In this document: positions 56,873 to 64,000 of the stretch, one piece after another
Layout: each line of letters begins with the position of its first letter
Numbering within the stretch: position 1 is the stretch's first letter
Assembly (NCBI GenBank): GCA_052033375.1
Contig: JBPOJQ010000014.1
Coordinates: 342 to 64,341 of the forward strand
Direction: 5' to 3'
Length of the DNA stretch: 64,000 nt
Origin: Candidatus Magasanikiibacteriota bacterium
Lineage (GTDB): Bacteria > Patescibacteriota > Patescibacteriia > Magasanikbacterales > UBA922
Program-made: the position numbers and the translations under genes
Notes under the pieces: model-generated
The model's input: only the letters and a program-made list of their open reading frames with translations
Databases searched by the model: none
Told to the model about the DNA's origin: nothing

Positions 56873-57056
56873 ACAAAATTGCTCCTTAAGAAGTTATTTA
56901 ATAAATATACTATACACTATTTTTTGTGTTTTGTCAAGAAAAAATCTCTAATTTTAGTGAATTTAGGAGCACTGCGCCAAACCCGTGCATCCAGTCCGAA
57001 GACCGTGATGTCAAAAGTTGGCGCAGCGCTACGAAAGAGTTCCCTCTTGCCCCCCC

Positions 57057-57332
57057 CTAGCGGACGAGTGGGTACCGGAAGAACAGGGTGTATGCACCAG
57101 GAGGCACACGCGGAATCGTCCCCTCGGCATGAGGAGGAATTCTCGTCGTCTCAGCGATCGCCTTCGGCGACTCTCCGTGCCGGACCACACAGCACTCCAG
57201 ATGATGGCTCCTGTGGTTCGTCACGACAGCTTCTCCCCCTTCGTTCACAACCACCGCAACTCTCCCATAGTCATGGGCCGTGCGGCCGGGCTTGCCGAGC
57301 CTCAGACTACTCCATCGTTCTAGATTCGACAT
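57057..57332 (-). CDS. Orphan 91-aa protein between rpmH and dnaA
   Basis: GAGGA SD, TTGACA at 57436, GC-rich, long UUCG-capped 3' hairpin. Confidence 0.5.
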   Translation of the reverse strand: MSNLERWSSLRLGKPGRTAHDYGRVAVVVNEGGEAVVTNHRSHHLECCVVRHGESPKAIAETTRIPPHAEGTIPRVPPGAYTLFFRYPLVR

Positions 57333-57471
57333 GCGGTTCCTCTTGCGTGAGTTGGGTTTTCTCCCCGTACATACCCCTAATTCAGGAGTACTTTAGAGAT
57401 GAACGATAGTAAACACAAAAAAAGCTTAGTTGTCAATAATTTTAATTTCAGGCATACTAGTTTCTCCCACA

Positions 57472-57500
57472 TTATCCACACCATCCACAGGTAATCCACA
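57472..57500. promoter_or_regulatory. DnaA-box cluster upstream of dnaA
   Basis: TTATCCACA, CCATCCACA, TAATCCACA in tandem. Confidence 0.75.
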
Positions 57501-57579
57501 CTCTGTGCACTTTACCCTTCACTCTAAGGATACTTGGTATTTTGAAACTGTGTTACAATTCCACACATAATAAAAAAAT

Positions 57580-58968
57580 ATGACTAATTACGAAATTTGG
57601 CAATCAGTACTTGCTGAATTTGAACTCACACTTTCTAAAGCAAACTTTACCACCTGGTTCAAAAATACAGGCATTTCTCAATATGAGAATAGTAACGTAA
57701 TTGTCTGTGTTCCCAATGCATTTACGAAAAGTTGGCTTGAAAAAAAATATCACACAACAATAGTAAAAATCCTAGAACGTGTCACCGGCAAACCAGTAAA
57801 AAAAATCGACTACATCGTTGATAACGTCAGAAATATCAAAGAACAAGAGTGTACTCCTACCTCTGCTGAAGCTTTCAAAGTTCCCTCTCTTCACGCTTCA
57901 ATCGCTCAAGTACCCAAAAAAGCCTTGCTGGTACAACAGTTTGGGCTTAACCCAAAATACATATTTGAAACTTTTGTAGTTGGTAAAGGAAATGAGCTCG
58001 CTCATGCTGCGGCACAGGCGGTTGCCTCGAGACCAGGCGATGCGTATAACCCACTATTTATCTACGGCGGTGTCGGACTTGGTAAAACCCACCTAATTCA
58101 GGCTATCGGACACACCATGCTTGCTACCAATCCTAACGTAAAAATTCTGTACGTTAGTTCAGAAAAATTTACAAATGAATTTGTCTCGTCAGTCAAAGAG
58201 GGTCGTGCCAAAGAATTCAAAGATCGATATAGAAATGTCGATTTACTTCTTATCGATGATATTCAATTTATTGGTGGCAAAGAACAAACCCAAGAGGAAT
58301 TCTTCCACACCTTCAATGAGCTCCATCAACAAGGTAAACAGGTAGTAATGACGAGTGATCGTCCACCAAAAGCTATTCCTGCCCTTGAAGACCGTCTACG
58401 TAGCCGATTTGAGTGGGGAATGATTGCAGATGTTTCACCTCCTGATCTTGAGACACGTATTGCGATTATTCAAAAAAAGGCCCAGGAGCGTCAATTTCCT
58501 ATTTCTTCTGACATACAGACCCTCATTGCAGCTAATATTCAGAGTAATATACGCGAACTTGAAGGTGCTCTCAATAAAATAATTGCCTTCCATGAATTAA
58601 AAAATACCACCCCAACAGAAGAATCTATTCGTCATATTCTTTCTAGTTTCCAGGAGCAGAACATGCGCCGTTCGCTCACCCCAAAAGACTTGATTGAGGA
58701 GGTTAACAAATTTTACGATATCAAATTGGAAGACACTCTAGGTAAAAGCAGAGAAAAACGTTTTGCGTTTCCACGCCAAGTCATCATGTATCTTATGAGA
58801 GAAGAGTTAAAACTCTCGTACCCGAGTATTGGCGAAGAACTCGGAGGCCGTGATCACACTACTGCCATGCACGCGCATTCCAAAATTGTTTCAGAAATTG
58901 AAAATGATCTGAAATTACGACAGGATGTGGAGCTTATTAAGCAACGGTTATACACAAACAAAATTTAA
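57580..58968 (+). CDS. dnaA: Chromosomal replication initiator DnaA
   Basis: YNPLFIYGGVGLGKTHL, DDIQF, FFHTFN, GGRDHTT. Confidence 0.98.
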   Translation: MTNYEIWQSVLAEFELTLSKANFTTWFKNTGISQYENSNVIVCVPNAFTKSWLEKKYHTTIVKILERVTGKPVKKIDYIVDNVRNIKEQECTPTSAEAFKVPSLHASIAQVPKKALLVQQFGLNPKYIFETFVVGKGNELAHAAAQAVASRPGDAYNPLFIYGGVGLGKTHLIQAIGHTMLATNPNVKILYVSSEKFTNEFVSSVKEGRAKEFKDRYRNVDLLLIDDIQFIGGKEQTQEEFFHTFNELHQQGKQVVMTSDRPPKAIPALEDRLRSRFEWGMIADVSPPDLETRIAIIQKKAQERQFPISSDIQTLIAANIQSNIRELEGALNKIIAFHELKNTTPTEESIRHILSSFQEQNMRRSLTPKDLIEEVNKFYDIKLEDTLGKSREKRFAFPRQVIMYLMREELKLSYPSIGEELGGRDHTTAMHAHSKIVSEIENDLKLRQDVELIKQRLYTNKI

Positions 58969-59200
58969 TTTCTGTGCATAAACCAGCGAAAAAGTGTATA
59001 TAAGCTGGTACACAGAGGTGGAGTAATTAAATGTTTTCCACAAGCTGACTTCAACATGTTATTTCTGTACAGGTTCTATCACTGTTGACCGCACTGTCTA
59101 TCCACAATACAAAATTAAAATTTTCTCTGTAATTAGCCCAAAAATCAACTTATCCACCTTATTCACAGTCTCTACTATTATCTACTAGTTTATATTATAT
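58948..59200. other. oriC (dnaA-dnaN intergenic region)
   Basis: Multiple DnaA boxes (TTATACACA, TGTGCATAA, TTTTCCACA, CTATCCACA, TTATCCACC, TTATTCACA), DnaA-trio-like CTACTATTATCTACTA and AT-rich stretch; plus strand appears to change from C-rich to G-rich here. Confidence 0.85.
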
Positions 59201-59214
59201 AAAGAGATACAAAT

Positions 59215-60342
59215 ATGAAACTAACATCCACAAGAGAAAATTTATTATATAGTTTGGATATTGCAAATACATTTGCGGGGAAACATGCAAATTTACCCAT
59301 TCTACAAAATATACTTATTCGAGCACATGAATCTGGTGTAGAAATAAGTGCCACTAATCTTGAAGTTTCAATCAAAACACACATCCGTGCAAAAGTAGAA
59401 ATACCTGGTTCGTTTACTGTACCTGCAAAAACAATCACCGAATATGTACGATTATTAACAAATGATCAGGTAGAGTTGACTCTTGAGGGTACTGAGTTGG
59501 TAATTCGTTCTGCTGGTTCTGAAACAAAAATAAAAGGATTTCCTGCTGAAGAGTTCCCGGTGATTCCAGGGATAGAGGAAGGAAATACCTATCTTATACA
59601 TGCTGAAACCTTGAGACAAACAATTGCAAAAGTGGCTATTTCTTGTGCTAAGAATGAGATCCGTCCAGAATTTTCAGGTGTGTATTGTCGGTTTAAAAGT
59701 GAACGTTATGATGGATTGATAATGGCAGCAACTGACTCGTATCGACTTTCTGAAGCTCGTGTACCTATTGCTCAGGGAGGAGAGGGGGAAATGAGCTGCA
59801 TCATACCTGGTCGGGTTGCTCAGGAAATCGCTCGTTTAATACAGTTTGGTCGACAGCATGAGGGAGAGGAACATGTGCGAATGACCGTGAGCGCAAATCA
59901 AATTTCGATTCGTTATGATATGTTTGAAATGGTGAGTCGACTCATTGAGGGGAGATATCCAGATTATACACAAATAATCCCAACAACCTTTAAAACACAG
60001 GCCACCTTCCATGTATCAGAGCTTGTGAATAAAATAAAGGCGGCAAGTCTGTTTTCTACTGCCGGGGTGAACGCAATTTCTTTTCAATTGGATTCTCAAA
60101 AAAAACAATTGGGTGTGTCTTCGACTAGTGCACAAACCGGTGCACATACTTCCTATATTGATACAGAAGTAACCGGTGATCACATGACGGTGTTGCTCAA
60201 TTTTCGATACGTATTGGATGGACTTCAACAAATCGAAGAGGACGAAGCGCTCATGCAGATAAATTCTCCTGATGCACCGTGTCTCATACGTGTACCCGGA
60301 AATGAGACTTTTCAATATATCGTGATGCCAATACGGCAGTAA
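59215..60342 (+). CDS. dnaN: DNA polymerase III beta clamp
   Basis: LPIL.N, ATNLE, ATDSYRL, SRLIEG.YPDY, Y..MP. Confidence 0.96.
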   Translation: MKLTSTRENLLYSLDIANTFAGKHANLPILQNILIRAHESGVEISATNLEVSIKTHIRAKVEIPGSFTVPAKTITEYVRLLTNDQVELTLEGTELVIRSAGSETKIKGFPAEEFPVIPGIEEGNTYLIHAETLRQTIAKVAISCAKNEIRPEFSGVYCRFKSERYDGLIMAATDSYRLSEARVPIAQGGEGEMSCIIPGRVAQEIARLIQFGRQHEGEEHVRMTVSANQISIRYDMFEMVSRLIEGRYPDYTQIIPTTFKTQATFHVSELVNKIKAASLFSTAGVNAISFQLDSQKKQLGVSSTSAQTGAHTSYIDTEVTGDHMTVLLNFRYVLDGLQQIEEDEALMQINSPDAPCLIRVPGNETFQYIVMPIRQ

Positions 60343-60346
60343 GAAT

Positions 60347-60379
60347 AAAAAAACTCCTGACGCTCTCAGGAGTTTTTTT
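60347..60379. terminator. Bidirectional terminator
   Basis: AAAAAACTCCTGA-loop-TCAGGAGTTTTTT between convergent genes. Confidence 0.75.
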
Positions 60380-60383
60380 ATTC

Positions 60384-63272
60384 TTAATTTTTAATTTCAA
60401 CCGGTATCTCATCACTTATAGTGGTATTGTCGTTTCTAGACGTAATTTCAGCGGTCAGGCGATAGTTTCCTGGTGGAAGTGAGTCGTACCAGACAATTGA
60501 AATTTTGTTATTGAAGAATGTTGCATTTTCGAAATCGGTTATTTCAGCGATATTTTTTCTATTACCCCCACCTGTCGATTGAATTGATACTGTAATTTTT
60601 TTGAGGTCTTGTAGTTTTCGGTGATTGAGTAGTAGTCCTATAGGGAAACTACTTTTTGTCATAGAGTATGATCTTTCTGAAAAACTAACTCCTGGAGGAA
60701 GTGGCTCCACATCGAAAACAAAAGGTATGTGTTCTTCAATTCTGTTTCCGATGTCGTCAGTTACGGTAATTGTCAGTGTGTGGTCACCGGGCTCCACATT
60801 CGATGCGGTGTGAGTGATGTTAAATGGAATTGAGCGTTCGACACCAATTAACTCATTATCAATTTTATAGGTTACTTCAGACACACCTCTGGGTGCGGAA
60901 ACGGAAATGTTGGTGGAAAATGATCGTGAGGTGAGAACCGTACCTGGTTTTGGGTATATAACTTCAAGAGTCGGAATTAATTCAAGTGAGTACGTGTCAT
61001 CATATTCTGTCGGTGGCTCTCCAAAATTTGGAGCCCATGAGGGGTCTTCGGTCAGTTTTCGTTGTATCCATTCCTGTATTCCTTTTTCCCATGAAAAATA
61101 TTGTGGGTCATTTTCGGGGTGTTCGGGTGCTGGTCCTCGGGGATTACTTTTGTCCACATAATGTAGGATTTCATGTGGTTGCATGTACGTTCGTTCTTCA
61201 ATTAGGTTTTCAGGTGTTGAGCTGGAGACAAGTCTACCTGTGATTTTGTTTACTCTTAGTGTAATTCCTCCGCCGTTCCCTCCACGTAATACGGGTTTTT
61301 CGGCAGTGTTGGGAGGTAACTCAGGGAATTGTTCAACTGGTGAACCTTTGGTTGCTTCGCGCATAAATTTACTCCACAACCGCGCAGCGAGCATACTTCC
61401 ACTTGATCCCGATTTCATAGGAGTATTATCTGTGTTTCCGGTCCAAATACCCACGGCAAGGCCAGGGGTGTATCCCACGGTCCATGCATCAATATAATTA
61501 TTTGTGGTCCCTGTTTTTGCAGCGACTGGGCGGCCTGGAAGTGTTAATACTCCACCTGCCCCAAAAATGAATGATCGTGCACCATCATCGCTTAATACGT
61601 TACTAATGGTCGCTGCTATTTCTGGTTTTATAGCTTCGGTACCTTTTTGTTTTTTCCACTCTTCCAGCACTTTTCCCGTACTATCTTCTACTTTGAGTAT
61701 GCTCACTGGTTCGTAGTAACTTCCTCCATTGGCAAGTGTCGCATATGCATTTGTGTGCTCAAGCACAGACACACCTCCGCATCCAAGCACGAGAGCTAGC
61801 CCACAATCTTCAGTATCATCAAGTGTGGTGTATCCTAGTCGTTTTGCAAAATCAATTCCATTTTTTGCACCTCCAATAAGATATAGTGTTTTGACTGCTG
61901 GAATATTCAGGGAACCGGCAAGAGCTTGGCGCATGGTGAGAGGGCCGTATTCTTTGAGAGTATAGTTAGTCGGGATATAGGGTTTATTTCCATTTGGATT
62001 AAAATTGGTAAGCACATCATAGAGAATAGTGTCTGGGGTGTATCCCTTTTCAAATGCCGCAGTATAAATAATTGGTTTGAAAGAAGAACCTGGCTGACGT
62101 TTTCCTAGTGTTGCTACGTTGAATTGTCCGTCAATTGTTTCGTCGTCAAAATCTTTTGATCCAATCATTGCGAGAATCTGTCCTGTCTTTGGATCCATTG
62201 CAACGAGAGAAGCGTTGTCGGCATCAGCATTTTGGAGTGTTTCAATACCGTCTTCACCACTAATCACTTCTTTAGCGAGTTGTTGTTTGTCCCAATCAAG
62301 TGTGGTGATTACTGTAAGGCCGCCTTTGTCTACGAGCGCTTCGCCATATTTATCTACTAATAATTGTTTTACATACATTACAAAGTGGGGCGCTTCGAAG
62401 TTTGATTTAATTGTTCTGATAGTGAGTTCTTCGGCCTGTGCAGCATTTTTTTCTTCCTCTGTAATGTGTCCCTCTTTATACATTTCATATAACACTAAAT
62501 TTCTTCGCTCTTTGAACGCATCAGGATTATTTAAAAAACGTGAAGGCGATTGAGGCATTCCTGCAAGTGCTGCAGATTCTGCAAGGGTAAGATCTTTTAC
62601 ATCTTTACCAAAATAACTTTGTGCTGCAGATTGTACGCCGTAATTCGTAGATCCGTATGGGATTTCATTAAAATAGATTTGGAGGATTTGGTCTTTAGAA
62701 TATTTTTGTTCCAGTCGAATTGAAAGAATCCATTCTTTTATTTTTCGCACGTATGAACGATCATTGGTCAGAATGGCGTTTTTTACTAGTTGTTGTGTGA
62801 TTGTGGAAGCTCCGCGTGTACGCTCACTGCTCAGTGCCCCCTCAATAACTACTTTGATGATACTTAATGGACGAATACCCTTATGCTCATAGAATGTTTT
62901 ATCTTCGGTTGCTATCAGTCCATTAATCAGGTCTTTTGGTATATCTTCAAGTGTGACAAGTGTCCGTTTTTCGTCGGCAAAAATTTCATATAAGAGGTGT
63001 TCGCCGGTGCGGTCATAGATTTTTGTGCTCTCGGCAACTTCTCGGTCGGTAAGTCTGTTTGGGTCTGGGAGATCCTTACTGGCCCATGCGACTAGAATTG
63101 TACTGCCTAAAAATCCAAAAACAGCCAAGGCAAAGAGAGTTAAAAAAATGTTTTTTTTGCTAAAAATTTGTTTTTTTCTTCTTTTTGGGCTTTCACTTCC
63201 AGAATAGGTCTGTCGGGGACCTCGTCCTGTGAGGTATCCGTAAGATCTGGTTTTTAAGCTTGGGATAGGCAT
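60384..63272 (-). CDS. Class A penicillin-binding protein (PBP1A-like) with C-terminal Ig-like domains
   Basis: EDKTF..H.G, GASTITQQLVKN, RK.KE, QPGSSFKP, SLN, KTGT. Confidence 0.93.
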   Translation of the reverse strand: MPIPSLKTRSYGYLTGRGPRQTYSGSESPKRRKKQIFSKKNIFLTLFALAVFGFLGSTILVAWASKDLPDPNRLTDREVAESTKIYDRTGEHLLYEIFADEKRTLVTLEDIPKDLINGLIATEDKTFYEHKGIRPLSIIKVVIEGALSSERTRGASTITQQLVKNAILTNDRSYVRKIKEWILSIRLEQKYSKDQILQIYFNEIPYGSTNYGVQSAAQSYFGKDVKDLTLAESAALAGMPQSPSRFLNNPDAFKERRNLVLYEMYKEGHITEEEKNAAQAEELTIRTIKSNFEAPHFVMYVKQLLVDKYGEALVDKGGLTVITTLDWDKQQLAKEVISGEDGIETLQNADADNASLVAMDPKTGQILAMIGSKDFDDETIDGQFNVATLGKRQPGSSFKPIIYTAAFEKGYTPDTILYDVLTNFNPNGNKPYIPTNYTLKEYGPLTMRQALAGSLNIPAVKTLYLIGGAKNGIDFAKRLGYTTLDDTEDCGLALVLGCGGVSVLEHTNAYATLANGGSYYEPVSILKVEDSTGKVLEEWKKQKGTEAIKPEIAATISNVLSDDGARSFIFGAGGVLTLPGRPVAAKTGTTNNYIDAWTVGYTPGLAVGIWTGNTDNTPMKSGSSGSMLAARLWSKFMREATKGSPVEQFPELPPNTAEKPVLRGGNGGGITLRVNKITGRLVSSSTPENLIEERTYMQPHEILHYVDKSNPRGPAPEHPENDPQYFSWEKGIQEWIQRKLTEDPSWAPNFGEPPTEYDDTYSLELIPTLEVIYPKPGTVLTSRSFSTNISVSAPRGVSEVTYKIDNELIGVERSIPFNITHTASNVEPGDHTLTITVTDDIGNRIEEHIPFVFDVEPLPPGVSFSERSYSMTKSSFPIGLLLNHRKLQDLKKITVSIQSTGGGNRKNIAEITDFENATFFNNKISIVWYDSLPPGNYRLTAEITSRNDNTTISDEIPVEIKN

Positions 63273-63312
63273 AAAAAATTTGCTAAAATAAGCATTTTTT
63301 GGGGCTTTAGGC

Positions 63313-63341
63313 TTGACAAAAAGGCCTTTGTATGGTACTAT
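63313..63341 (+). promoter_or_regulatory. sigma70 promoter
   Basis: TTGACA-17-TACTAT. Confidence 0.6.
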
Positions 63342-63450
63342 ATGCCGTTACCAAGTGCAAGATACCATATAGGTATCTTTTTGATTTCGATGTACAGCAC
63401 TTGGTCAATCCTCACAGAGTGATGCTCTGAGGGGTAACACATATTAGTCT

Positions 63451-63993
63451 ATGGCTACTATAACATATAGTCGAGTACAGAAGGTAGGTATCGCGGTAGT
63501 ATGTGCTGTCTTGAGTGTTGCCTACATTATCCGTCCTGTTACTGCTCATGCAGAAACAGGAGCAGTAAGCTCAGCTTTTAGAAGTATCATGAATTTGTTC
63601 TCTGATAAAAATGTGGAAGCCGAGTCTGAAGAAGTGAATGTGTTTCCTGAGGTCGAAGATCGAGAGCCTACACGTGTGATTCTTGCAGTCATGACCGCGT
63701 ACTCAAGTGAGGTTGCTCAGACAGATGCGAGTCCGTGTATTCCTGCAGATTGGAAATACGATCTCTGTGAACATTATGAAAAATATGGAGAACAGAATAC
63801 GATTGCTGCTAACTTTCTCCCCTTAGGCACCAAAGTACGTTTTCCTGACCTATATGGCGATAAAGTGTTTACGGTCCGTGATCGTATGAATTCTCGCTAT
63901 GGAGTGGGCAGAGGTGATATCTGGATGCCTACCAAAGCGGAGGCAAAACAGTTTGGTGTGAAGAAAGTTACTATGGAAATTTATTCAAGATAA
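63451..63993 (+). CDS. Secreted 3D-domain (MltA-like) cell-wall protein
   Basis: Signal peptide AHA, TAYSS...QTD, IAAN..PLGT.V, D.M, DIW....EA..FG. Confidence 0.82.
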   Translation: MATITYSRVQKVGIAVVCAVLSVAYIIRPVTAHAETGAVSSAFRSIMNLFSDKNVEAESEEVNVFPEVEDREPTRVILAVMTAYSSEVAQTDASPCIPADWKYDLCEHYEKYGEQNTIAANFLPLGTKVRFPDLYGDKVFTVRDRMNSRYGVGRGDIWMPTKAEAKQFGVKKVTMEIYSR

Positions 63994-64000
63994 CATATAA

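Overview
Origin-proximal chromosomal segment of a small-genome bacterium, most likely Patescibacteria/CPR (Parcubacteria/ABY1-like; inferred from gene content, standard code). The backbone holds the ileS 5' end, rpiB-rpe-trxB, a xerC/D-like recombinase, three tRNAs, galU, rpsF-ssb-rpsR, type IV pilus genes, tig, polA, ndh, holA, rpsT, rmuC, ychF, yidD-rnpA-rpmH, dnaA-oriC-dnaN and a class A PBP. It also holds an array of 11 VirB2/TrbC-like pilin genes. Signals the ORF track does not explain: (1) an actinobacterial-type ultrashort-Stem-I Ile T-box upstream of ileS that appears to act through a transcription terminator; (2) a complete type III hammerhead ribozyme in the 3' UTR of an orphan gene; (3) about ten solitary, compositionally foreign orphan genes, most with a recognisable sigma70 promoter, a Shine-Dalgarno site and a structured 3' UTR, two of which share a near-identical 121-nt 3' module; (4) a four-helix-bundle gene framed by inverted 7-mer tandem repeats, plus several cargo-less hairpins of the same style; (5) a 51-bp conversion-like tract between pilin paralogs. 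All calls were made by eye, without database searches.
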